A DNA stretch of 64,000 nt from a bacterium (GTDB lineage Bacteria > JAAXHH01). Positions within the stretch are counted from its first letter, which is position 1, and every line of letters begins with the position of its first letter. The notes under the pieces are model-generated. The model was not told where the DNA came from, did not search any database, and saw only the letters and a program-made list of their open reading frames with translations. Positions 1 to 8,292 of the stretch are shown here, one piece after another. A program made the translations under genes and the position numbers. The stretch is from NCBI GenBank assembly GCA_965203885.1, contig OZ241920.1, positions 3,073,476-3,137,475 of the forward strand. Reading direction: 5' to 3'.

Positions 1-141
1 GTGTCGCAGGCGCAGATGGTCCTGCCGCCTCCAGGCATGGTGGTTGTGCTCGGTCCGTGTGATGAAATCGTTCGCGCCGGTCCCGGAGCGTGCAGCAAAG
101 ATGCATCGACTACACCGAAGCCGACTTGACTATCTTCTTTA

Positions 142-456
142 CTATCCATCAATGACGCCTAATAACTTCAGTAAACTCCAGAGATTCATATAACCGGCAA
201 AAACCGCCGCTATTATCGCGGAGTGTTTAATGAAAGGAATTTGATTGTCCCAATTTTTAAAACTACCCCAATAGCTTAGAATTAACAAATTTGCCAAAAC
301 TGTAATTGTGTAAACCGGATCTAGTCCGTACACGTACATCAGATCAAGAAACGATGCGGCTGAATCTTCTTGCAATTGACCGGGGTAGGACAGGATGTTC
401 CAAATTGATTCAAACACATCACTTATGGACATAATGGTACATTCGATACTTGTCAC
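142..456 (-). CDS. hypothetical small hydrophobic protein in AT-rich cassette; possible second immunity or orphan cassette ORF
   Basis: 104-aa ORF in a visibly AT-rich block (1-1200) that contrasts with the GC-rich rest of the window; hydrophobic stretches; no recognisable family. Confidence 0.3.
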   Translation of the reverse strand: MTSIECTIMSISDVFESIWNILSYPGQLQEDSAASFLDLMYVYGLDPVYTITVLANLLILSYWGSFKNWDNQIPFIKHSAIIAAVFAGYMNLWSLLKLLGVIDG

Positions 457-862
457 CCTGCCCTCTCCCTGTTCGTATTACCGATCGGCAAAAGAAAAAC
501 CGGTAGCTTTCTCATGATCCAGTAGCCTCTCATTGTTTCGAGGCAAACGCCAGCAATCGGTTTCTGAACTACTTGCCATCAAACGAGTGTGAGGAAAGAG
601 GACACATGTTTGAACTTTCGCCTATCTGGATGTCTCATTTTATGGAGCCTGCACATCGGGGGAGTCGTGATAACTGAAGTCAATTATACCCACAATCCGT
701 AGCAGGCTCAACAAGCTGAAAAAAGCACTACCACACACTATAGTGGCTTGATAGTGATAACACCACTTTCTCAGAATACGTCATCATGTACGAGGACCGT
801 GTGCCCATAACATGATAAAGTCAGTTACACAAAATCCGTGACAGACCCGACAGACCCCAAAC

Positions 863-1114
863 TTAAAGCCGCACTAACCTAAGATGGTTTATCAAAATGT
901 CTCGATCATGCCCTTGCTTCTCTTCAGTTAACTCATCACCTGCCCACGAAGGAGTCATCAAATGATCATGATTCGGTACTTTGCCCTGCCTTAATAGTTT
1001 CAGCCTATACTCCAAAAGCTCAAGGCCTTCTTCATCAAAGCAGACAACGACTTCATCTATCTCCCAATCTGCAGTATTGCATTCCTTGCTAGGTGTTACT
1101 TCGACGGTTAGCAT
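863..1114 (-). CDS. putative immunity protein for the adjacent RHS C-terminal toxin
   Basis: 83-aa acidic ORF immediately downstream (same strand) of the RHS C-terminal tip, AT-rich like the toxin tip; the position matches polymorphic-toxin/immunity architecture. Confidence 0.35.
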   Translation of the reverse strand: MLTVEVTPSKECNTADWEIDEVVVCFDEEGLELLEYRLKLLRQGKVPNHDHLMTPSWAGDELTEEKQGHDRDILINHLRLVRL

Positions 1115-1200
1115 ATTGTCCTCATTCTCCTGTAAAGTACTTTTTCTTTTCTAAAGGTCCTCTGTAACGTTTGTACCGATTGACATCGACATGAGTTGGT

Positions 1201-1593
1201 TCACCAGATCTGTTGTTTACATCTATGTGAAATGAGCGACCCGTTTAGCGTCGTGGTTCGGCTGGCAACCTTTAGTCCTTTAGTTACTACTTTCCACAGT
1301 ATCCTCCCATCCGGATCCACATATTTCAGCGGATTATTGGCGGTATAGGCATACGGGCTGATCCCCGGGTACTCATTCTGCATGGAATCCGGCCGCAGGA
1401 ACCTGCCCGTGTCGTTAGCGTACGACCTTTCCAGCATATAGTCAAGACGGGACTCGGCGTCTCTCTCGTGGCCGGTATACCGGAACCTGGTGGCGTCGGT
1501 GCCGCGCTCCTGGTGCCATCGCGCTCCTGTTCGGCCCTCCAAGCACCGCCGTCCAGGTCCGACGCTCGGCCGCTCGCCTGGTCGAGACCGCAT
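1201..1593 (-). pseudogene. orphan/truncated RHS (YD-repeat) protein fragment: end of RHS repeat-associated core plus variable C-terminal toxin tip
   Basis: Translation contains 'RYTGHERDAESRLDYMLERSYANDTGRFLRPD' (the conserved RHS-core 'RYTGKExD...YYxARYYDPxxGRF' region) and 'NNPLKYVDPDGR' (the DPxG[RL] core boundary), followed by a short non-conserved C-terminal tail. The ORF has no upstream YD-repeat region. GC drops from genome-like in the core-encoding part to AT-rich in the tip. Confidence 0.6.
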
Positions 1594-1987
1594 TCCTGAT
1601 CGCTCGCTCGCGGAGTGGATATATCATTTCAGATTTTTATGTTGATTCTTATATTGATCAATATTGACCATATATATTTTCACGTTTTTTCATAATACCG
1701 CCATATACCGCCCGCCGCGCTATACGGCCGGAGACGCTGAACGGCCGCTCATCACGCTCTCTCGTCACGACCGCAGACACTGGCCGCCCACGCCGACCGC
1801 GACATACAGCCGCAGACACCGGCCGACCACTCGTCACGGCGCCAGGCACTGGCCGCCCCGCGACGCGGACCCCTCGCCACGACACCTTGACCCCCTGCCG
1901 TTCTACTGTTATATTTCGAAGTAATTCGTTCCGGTACGTTTCCACTCCGCTTCAAGACCGTAGGATTTGCCCGAAAGAAGGATATCT

Positions 1988-2755
1988 ATGCCCGCCAACC
2001 TGCTTGCGTGCCGAACGGCAAGTTACGGAAAGTTCAGCGATGCCGCCTGGACCCATCTGCCCACGACGGGCGTGCGCCACGTCGAGATCAACGCCCCCGC
2101 GCCGGACGAGGTGGACCAGGTCAGGGCCCGGCTCGCGCGTCACGGGCTGTCGGCCAGCAGCCTGCAGTGCCCGGTGGAGATCGAACACGAAGACGCGGAC
2201 GCGCGGCTGACCCCCCACCTGGAGGCCGCGGCGGCCCTGGGCGCCGGCCTGCTCTTCGTGAGCGTCCAGGCCGGTGAGCTCGACAAGAAGGTGGCTTACG
2301 AACGGCTGCACCGCTGCGGCGTCAAGGCCGCCGGATACGGGATCACCATCGGAATGGAGACCCATCCCGACCTGATCACCAACGCGGCCGTCGCCCTGGA
2401 GACCATGCGCGGCGTCGACCACCCCAACGTCCGCGTGAACTACGACACGGCCAACGTCCACTACTACAACCGGGACGTGGACCACGTCGACGAGATGGAA
2501 AAGGTCATCGACTACATCGGCAGCATGCATCTCAAGGATACCGACGGCGGATACAGGACCTGGTGCTTCCCGACCTTCGGCGAGGGAATCGTCGATTTCA
2601 GGAAGGTCTTCGACCGGTTGAACGCCCACGGGTTCTACGGGCCGTTCACCATGGAGATCGAAGGCGTGGAAGGCGAATCGCTCGACGAAGAAGCGACCTG
2701 CCGGCGCGTGGCGGACTCGGTGGCGCACCTGCGCAGCGTCGGGTGCGACGTGTAG
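1988..2755 (+). CDS. sugar phosphate isomerase/epimerase (xylose isomerase-like TIM barrel)
   Basis: ORF 1967-2755; second ATG at 1988 is preceded by aagaagga (RBS-like); typical TIM-barrel isomerase sequence (HVEIN..., IGMETHP..., NYDTANV...HLKD). Confidence 0.75.
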   Translation: MPANLLACRTASYGKFSDAAWTHLPTTGVRHVEINAPAPDEVDQVRARLARHGLSASSLQCPVEIEHEDADARLTPHLEAAAALGAGLLFVSVQAGELDKKVAYERLHRCGVKAAGYGITIGMETHPDLITNAAVALETMRGVDHPNVRVNYDTANVHYYNRDVDHVDEMEKVIDYIGSMHLKDTDGGYRTWCFPTFGEGIVDFRKVFDRLNAHGFYGPFTMEIEGVEGESLDEEATCRRVADSVAHLRSVGCDV

Positions 2756-2769
2756 GGGACGGGGCGTCC

Positions 2770-3303
2770 ATGGCTGAATCACAGCTCCGGATGGTGCGGC
2801 CCGGCCTGGACGATCTTCCCGGGATGGAAGTGCCGGAAGGATACGGACTGAGGACCTACCGGCCCGGCGACGAAGCGGCCTGGTGCGAGATCATGAACAC
2901 GGGCATCGGGACGGGCTGGACGGCGGAGAAGTGCCGCGGGGAGTTGACGGAACGGGATCCGTTCATGCCGGACGGCTGTTTCTTCGCGACGCGCGCGGGG
3001 GAAGCCGTGGCCACGGCCTGCGCATACGACGTGCGGCCCGAGGGCGTCAACGCGGCGCAGGTGCACATGGTCTGCGCGAAACCCGCCCACCGGGGGCGGG
3101 GCCTGGGCCGTCTCGTGACCCTGGCCGTGCTTCATTTCATGCGGGAGCAGGGCTACGCGGCCGCCTTTCTGGGCACGGACGATTTCCGCGTGCCGGCCGT
3201 CAGGACCTATCTCGGGCTGGGATTCATACCGGACTATATCGAGGAAAGCCACCGGGCGCGCTGGTCCGCCGTTCTGGCGAAAATCGGCGGACAGCCGGTC
3301 TGA
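2770..3303 (+). CDS. GNAT family N-acetyltransferase
   Basis: In-frame ATG at 2770 within ORF 2563-3303 (upstream part overlaps the previous gene); 'AQVHMVCAKPAHRGRGLGRLVT' acetyl-CoA binding motif (R/Q-x-x-G-x-G/A). Confidence 0.75.
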   Translation: MAESQLRMVRPGLDDLPGMEVPEGYGLRTYRPGDEAAWCEIMNTGIGTGWTAEKCRGELTERDPFMPDGCFFATRAGEAVATACAYDVRPEGVNAAQVHMVCAKPAHRGRGLGRLVTLAVLHFMREQGYAAAFLGTDDFRVPAVRTYLGLGFIPDYIEESHRARWSAVLAKIGGQPV

Positions 3304-3345
3304 CCGCGGCGGCCTGACCGCGGCGGCCTGAAATCACCATTTTAT

Positions 3346-4245
3346 ATGAGGACGATCCACATGCACCGCTTAGTACGCCGTATATTCTGCCGCGCAACCC
3401 GTCCCGCGATCGAGGCGGCCCGTCCCGCGATCGAGGCAGCCCGTCCCGCATTCGAGGCGGCCCGTCCCGCGATCGAGGCGGCCCGTCCCGCGATCAAGGC
3501 GGCCTTCACCGTCCTGGCTGTCCTGGCCGTCCTGGCCTTCCTGTCGCGGACGAGCCCGGCCAGCGCCCAGGAGAGCGCGCCAGCCGTGGACGTGCCCCCC
3601 GTCTTCATCACCGGGATCGGCATCCTCGGCGGATTCCCGGCGGGCGAGTTCGGCGAGAACGTCACGAACCCGGGGGTCGGCATATCCGGATTCATGGGCT
3701 ACATGATCCCCCGGACGCCGGCCGTGATCGGCCTGGACCTGGGCTACCTGATCTACGGCCACGAGCGGCGCAAGGAGCAATTCAGCTTGACGATACCCGA
3801 CGTCCTCGTCGACGTGGTCACCGAGAACAACATCTTCAAGATGAACGCCTTTCTCCGCCTGCAGACCGATACCGATCCCCTGCGTTTCTACGTTGAAGGC
3901 GTCGTCGGCTTCAACTACCTGTTCACCAGCACGACGATCGAGGAAAGCGACCGGATCAGCGGCCACGACGTCGCCAGTTCCAGGAACCTCGAAGATTTCG
4001 CCTTTACCAAGGGCGTGGGCGGCGGGGTGCTGATCGAACTGTGGCGCAGCGATGAGCGGACGCCGCAGAACCGCTCCCTGCGGACCGTGTCCCTTGATTT
4101 CCGGATGCGCTACCATGACGGTTCCGAGGCCGATTACCTGAGGCGGGGCGATATCGTCCGCAAGTCGGGTTCGGCCGAGCTCAACATAACCAAGTCGACC
4201 ACCGACCTCATCACGGCCCATCTCGGCGTGGCGATAGACTTCTAG
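3346..4245 (+). CDS. outer-membrane beta-barrel protein with N-terminal tandem heptad repeats (alternative start 3361)
   Basis: Signal-like 'FTVLAVLAVLAFLSRTSPASAQE'; alternating amphipathic beta-strands; C-terminal '...GVAIDF' aromatic terminus typical of OMP barrels; N-terminal (RPAIEAA)x5. Confidence 0.6.
   Translation: MRTIHMHRLVRRIFCRATRPAIEAARPAIEAARPAFEAARPAIEAARPAIKAAFTVLAVLAVLAFLSRTSPASAQESAPAVDVPPVFITGIGILGGFPAGEFGENVTNPGVGISGFMGYMIPRTPAVIGLDLGYLIYGHERRKEQFSLTIPDVLVDVVTENNIFKMNAFLRLQTDTDPLRFYVEGVVGFNYLFTSTTIEESDRISGHDVASSRNLEDFAFTKGVGGGVLIELWRSDERTPQNRSLRTVSLDFRMRYHDGSEADYLRRGDIVRKSGSAELNITKSTTDLITAHLGVAIDF
3399..3503 (+). repeat. 21-bp tandem repeat x5 (ccgtcccgcgatcgaggcggc), in frame within the 5' end of the OMP gene
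   Basis: Five near-identical 21-bp units read directly from the sequence; encodes RPAIEAA heptads. Confidence 0.9.
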
Positions 4246-4314
4246 CGAGTGGGTCCCCAGCGCGCCGGCGGTCACCCGCGCGCCGGCCATTACCTCACAT
4301 CCGGAGGTTTCAGG

Positions 4315-5715
4315 ATGATCCAGGACGATTTCAAAATCGAGAGCATTCCAGAGGCGGAGTGGCAGGTATCCCGCCGATCGTTCATGAAACGGCTGGCCGG
4401 CGGGATCGCCGCGGGCGGCGCCCTGGTCTACGGCTCCTCCGCCGCGTCCTCAGCATTCGCGTCCCCGGCCTCGGCCTCGCCGGGCACCGCATCCTTCGAC
4501 GCCGCGTCCTCCGCCGCCGCGTCCCCGGTCGAGGACCTGGAGACGGCGGTATCGGGCGAAGACCCCGGCGGCGAACGGTACTGGCACGCGGTCCGGAGCC
4601 AGTTCCTCCTCCGGGACAACCTGGCGCTGATGAACGCCGCCAATCTCTGCCCGTCGCCCTATCCGGTGATGGAATCGGTCTTCAAGTACACCCGGGACCT
4701 GGATTACGACGCGTCCTTCCACAACCGGACCAAGTACCGGCAGATCCGGGAGGAGACCCGCGAGAAGATGGCCCGGCTCCTGGGCGCCCATTCCGACGAG
4801 ATCGCGCTGGTGCGGAACACGAGCGAGGCCAACAACTGCATCAGCACCGGCTATCACCTCGGGGCGGGCGACGAGGTGCTCCTCTCCGACCTGAACCATC
4901 CCTCGAACAACCAGGCGTGGCAGGTCAAGGCCCGGCGCTTCGGGTTCAGGATCAACTACGTGTCGGTCCCCGTGGTGCCCCGGAGCGAGGACGAGATCTT
5001 CGAGGCCTTCGAGCGGGCGTACACCCCGGCGACGAAGGTCATGTCCCTCACCCACGTGTCCAACCGCACCGGGCTGACCATGCCGGCCAAGAGGCTGTGC
5101 GCGGCGGCGCGGGCCCGGGGTGTTTTCTCCCTCGTGGACGGCGCCCAGAGCTTCGGCGCCCTGAAGATCAATCTCGCGGACATGGGATGCGACGCCTACA
5201 CGGGCAGCGCGCACAAGTGGTTCATGGGCCCGAAGGAGGTCGGCGTGCTCTACGTCCGCAAGGACAGCCAGGACGCCGTCTGGCCCAGCATCGTGAGCGC
5301 CGGCTGGCGGGACGAAGTGGAGGGAAGCGCGCGGAAGTACGAGGTCCTCGGACAGCGCGACGACGCGGCGCTGACGGCCACCGGACGGGGCGTCGATTTC
5401 CACGAGAAGATCGGGGCCGGCCGCGTGGAGGCCCGCATGCGCCAGGTGGCCACGGCCATCAAGGAAGGCCTTTCCGGGCTGCCCGGCGTTACGCTTTCCA
5501 CGTCCATGGAGCCCGCCCTCTCCGCCGGGGTCGTCATCTTCAAGCCGGGCGATCTCGATCCGCGCAAGGTCTTCGACCGGCTCTACGCGAAGTACCACGT
5601 CGCCGGCGCGGGCATGGGCCCCAACGTCCGCCTTTCGCCTCATATCTACAACACGCTCGACGAGGCGGACCGCGCCGTCACCGCCGTCGCGGAGATCCTG
5701 AGGGACGGAGTCTGA
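4315..5715 (+). CDS. class V (IscS/isopenicillin-N-epimerase-like) PLP-dependent aminotransferase with twin-arginine signal
   Basis: Start 'MIQDDFKIESIPEAEWQVSRRSFMKRLAGGIAAGGALVYG' carries an RRxFxK Tat motif plus hydrophobic h-region and a Ser/Ala-rich linker; 'SAHKWFMGPKEVGVLYV' PLP-lysine region; long class-V fold. Confidence 0.8.
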   Translation: MIQDDFKIESIPEAEWQVSRRSFMKRLAGGIAAGGALVYGSSAASSAFASPASASPGTASFDAASSAAASPVEDLETAVSGEDPGGERYWHAVRSQFLLRDNLALMNAANLCPSPYPVMESVFKYTRDLDYDASFHNRTKYRQIREETREKMARLLGAHSDEIALVRNTSEANNCISTGYHLGAGDEVLLSDLNHPSNNQAWQVKARRFGFRINYVSVPVVPRSEDEIFEAFERAYTPATKVMSLTHVSNRTGLTMPAKRLCAAARARGVFSLVDGAQSFGALKINLADMGCDAYTGSAHKWFMGPKEVGVLYVRKDSQDAVWPSIVSAGWRDEVEGSARKYEVLGQRDDAALTATGRGVDFHEKIGAGRVEARMRQVATAIKEGLSGLPGVTLSTSMEPALSAGVVIFKPGDLDPRKVFDRLYAKYHVAGAGMGPNVRLSPHIYNTLDEADRAVTAVAEILRDGV

Positions 5716-5753
5716 GCCTTACCGCCGGTGCAGGTCCACCGCCTGACGGGCCC

Positions 5754-7199
5754 ATGTCAAAGCGAAACGCCGCGGTCATCCTCTATGCCGCGCTGCTCGC
5801 CGCGAGCGCGCTCCAGGTCCTCCAGTCGATCGTCGTCGCCCATTTCTTCGACCCGGAATACCTGGCCCCCTACCGGTACGGCATCCTGGCCGCCGGGTTC
5901 GCGTACCTCTTCGCCGCCGGGCTGATCGAGAGCGTCTTCTACTTCATCTCGGGGAAATACGCCCCGGAAGCCCGCAGGTACGCGGGGAACACCCTGGCCG
6001 GCTGCGTGGCGGTCTTCCTGGCCCTCCTCCTGCTGTTCCACCTGCTCGTCAAGCCCTACCTGCTCGTCCACACGGAGCTGGGACCCTATCTCCGGGAGGT
6101 GGGCGCCTACCTCCTGATCGCCCTGTTCCTCTTCGTGAACGTGGCCGCCCACAACGTCCTGGTGGGGACCGGCCGCACGGCCGCCGCCAGCGGGCTCCGC
6201 CTGTTTCAGTACCTGCTGCGCGTCTCGGCCGTCGCCGCCGCGCTTTTCTCCGGGCAGATCTCGTCCATCTACGGACTCATCGTGCTGATCGTGCTCCTGG
6301 AGGCGTTCCAGACGCTCCTCTACGGACTCGTCCTCCTCGGCGGGAAACAGCTGTCCTTCCGGCTACGGGGCATCGAGGCCGGGGCCCAGTACCGCTACGC
6401 CCTGGGACTGGGCGTCGCCGGGTTCGTTCCCTTCATCAACGCCAGCCTGGACAAGATCATGATCAGCGCCTTCCTGGGCGCCTCGAGCTTCGCGGTCTAC
6501 AGCGTGTCGGCCATCGAGCTGCCCATCGCCGGCATCCTGATGAGCGTGTTCGGGTCGGTGCTCTTCTCCACCTACGTGGGACACGCCGAAAGCGGCGATC
6601 ATCGGTCCATGGCGGCCCTGTGGCGCAAGTGCTCGACCTGCGGCATGATCGCCATCGTCCCCGCGGGGATCTTCGTCTTTCTCTTCTCCGACGTGCTGTA
6701 CCGGCTCATCCTCCCGGACGCCTACTTCGAGGGACACCGGGTCCTGGGTATCTACGCGCTGCTCCTCCTGCTCCGCTTCAACAGCCCGGACGTGCTCGCC
6801 CGGGCCCTCAACCGGAACGCCGTCATCGTCCAGGCCGCCGCCGCCTCGCTGATCGTCAACGTGGCGGGCAACCTGGTCTTCATCCCGGCCTTCGGCCTCT
6901 GGGGCGCGGCCCTGGCCACACTGTGCGGCACAGCCGCCGGATGGATCTACTACCTGGCCCGGTACGCCCGGCTGCTGAAGCAACCCGTCAGCGCGCTCCT
7001 CCCCTGGAAGCCCTACGTCCTCCTGACCGCCATTTCGGCGGTCTTCTTCGGCGCGGCCAGGTGGACCCTCGACCGGGTCGAGGTCAGCGCCGCCCTGGCC
7101 GTCCTGGGCATGGCGGCCTATCTCTGGTACGCCTTCCGGCTGCTGGACCGGCCGGAGAAGGAGTACGTGCGGGGCCTGGTGAGAAGGATAGGATTGTAA
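5754..7199 (+). CDS. polysaccharide biosynthesis protein / Wzx-like flippase (MOP superfamily)
   Basis: In-frame ATG 5754 inside track ORF 4359-7199 (the 5' part of that ORF is out-of-frame read-through over the aminotransferase); ~12 predicted TM helices, typical Wzx/PST layout. Confidence 0.7.
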   Translation: MSKRNAAVILYAALLAASALQVLQSIVVAHFFDPEYLAPYRYGILAAGFAYLFAAGLIESVFYFISGKYAPEARRYAGNTLAGCVAVFLALLLLFHLLVKPYLLVHTELGPYLREVGAYLLIALFLFVNVAAHNVLVGTGRTAAASGLRLFQYLLRVSAVAAALFSGQISSIYGLIVLIVLLEAFQTLLYGLVLLGGKQLSFRLRGIEAGAQYRYALGLGVAGFVPFINASLDKIMISAFLGASSFAVYSVSAIELPIAGILMSVFGSVLFSTYVGHAESGDHRSMAALWRKCSTCGMIAIVPAGIFVFLFSDVLYRLILPDAYFEGHRVLGIYALLLLLRFNSPDVLARALNRNAVIVQAAAASLIVNVAGNLVFIPAFGLWGAALATLCGTAAGWIYYLARYARLLKQPVSALLPWKPYVLLTAISAVFFGAARWTLDRVEVSAALAVLGMAAYLWYAFRLLDRPEKEYVRGLVRRIGL

Positions 7200-7339
7200 T
7201 TTTTTCGCAGGTTTTGTATTTAATCTCCGACTGGTACTATATTGACAGTGCATTTGAATGAATGTATTGGTCGAATATCGCCATAGGACCTTCATCGGGC
7301 CGCCCGTACAAATCCCCTTTCAATTCCTGGAACCGAAAA

Positions 7340-7510
7340 CATGTCTACGAGCAACAACAAGAAAGCGCAGATAAAGGTTCACAGCACCGTATTCGGCGTA
7401 CAGCGTATAGACAGAAACGAGTTCACCAGAAGCAAGAAGGCCATGGACACCATCCGTAAATTCATGGAACGTGATCACAAGTTTCAGAAACGAGCGCACG
7501 GAAAGTGAGT
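7340..7510 (+). CDS. small basic hypothetical protein (56 aa), low-GC
   Basis: ATG at 7340, stop TGA 7508-7510, 3 bp before the next ATG (7513); below the ORF-track size cutoff; translation MSTSNNKKAQIKVHSTVFGVQRIDRNEFTRSKKAMDTIRKFMERDHKFQKRAHGK. Confidence 0.25.
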
Positions 7511-7512
7511 AG

Positions 7513-8253
7513 ATGTCCTTCAGTATTTTCGCACTACCCCTCCTTGCCGGCTACCTGTTCCTAATCTGCTGTCACAATTACCGTTACGAAATCCTCAGAG
7601 CATCCGGCTACCATGTTTTTTTGAAATCCGGCATCGCCGGACTGGCTCTGTTCGTGTTGTCATACCTTCAAGTTCGCATGCTATCGTTATACTCACTTGA
7701 TTACATATGGACGTTCTTCAATCTCAATGAAATCTCAGCAACTTGCTTTTTAAGTATGCTTACGGGCGTTTGGAGTGCGCTCATTTTCAATCTGTTCAGA
7801 GACAAAGACTCCTCAATACGAAAGAGCGCACATGAAAACGGAGCATTTACAGAAATCTTGTTAAGAGATGCAATGCGTAATGTAGATCTGGTTTCTATCA
7901 CGACCAAAAGCAGGAAGTATTATGTTGGGTTTGTTTTTGAGACCGGACTGGAAAGCAAAGGCGGTGAAGGAGATTTATCGCTTATTCCTGTGGCGAGTGG
8001 ATACAGGGAAGAAGATTCATTGAATCTCAATCTCAATCTGAACTACATTTCCGTATACAGGGACGTTTATAAAGACGAGATTAACTCCTTTGTAGAGAAT
8101 GAATTGAAAATTGAGGAAACAGAACTGATCGAGTTCCTTTCAATGCTTGTAGAACCGTATTTTCGAGTGGCTGTACCCAAGACGGAAGTCGCTTCCGTCA
8201 GGTATTTCGATTATGACATTTACGACAGATTTCACTCGGACGACCTTAAATAG
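7513..8253 (+). CDS. hypothetical membrane protein (three N-terminal TM helices plus ~150-aa soluble domain), low-GC, no recognisable family
   Basis: 246-aa ORF in a ~1.1-kb AT-rich insertion between GC-rich flippase and GT2 genes; hydrophobic helices at ~5-25, 38-58, 75-95. Confidence 0.5.
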   Translation: MSFSIFALPLLAGYLFLICCHNYRYEILRASGYHVFLKSGIAGLALFVLSYLQVRMLSLYSLDYIWTFFNLNEISATCFLSMLTGVWSALIFNLFRDKDSSIRKSAHENGAFTEILLRDAMRNVDLVSITTKSRKYYVGFVFETGLESKGGEGDLSLIPVASGYREEDSLNLNLNLNYISVYRDVYKDEINSFVENELKIEETELIEFLSMLVEPYFRVAVPKTEVASVRYFDYDIYDRFHSDDLK

Positions 8254-8292
8254 GTAAGCGAATCTGTAATTACCCTGATTTCGTATACGGAA

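Noticed and set aside
1664-1924. 86-aa plus-strand ORF with 'RRHWPP' repeats
   Set aside because: Its periodicity simply reflects the underlying imperfect DNA direct repeats in an intergenic/boundary region; no start context or family signal.
4359-5753. 5' two-thirds of the 946-aa ORF 4359-7199
   Set aside because: Out-of-frame overlap with the aminotransferase gene giving R/G/P-rich nonsense; the real flippase starts at the internal ATG 5754, where the hydrophobic TM-rich sequence begins.
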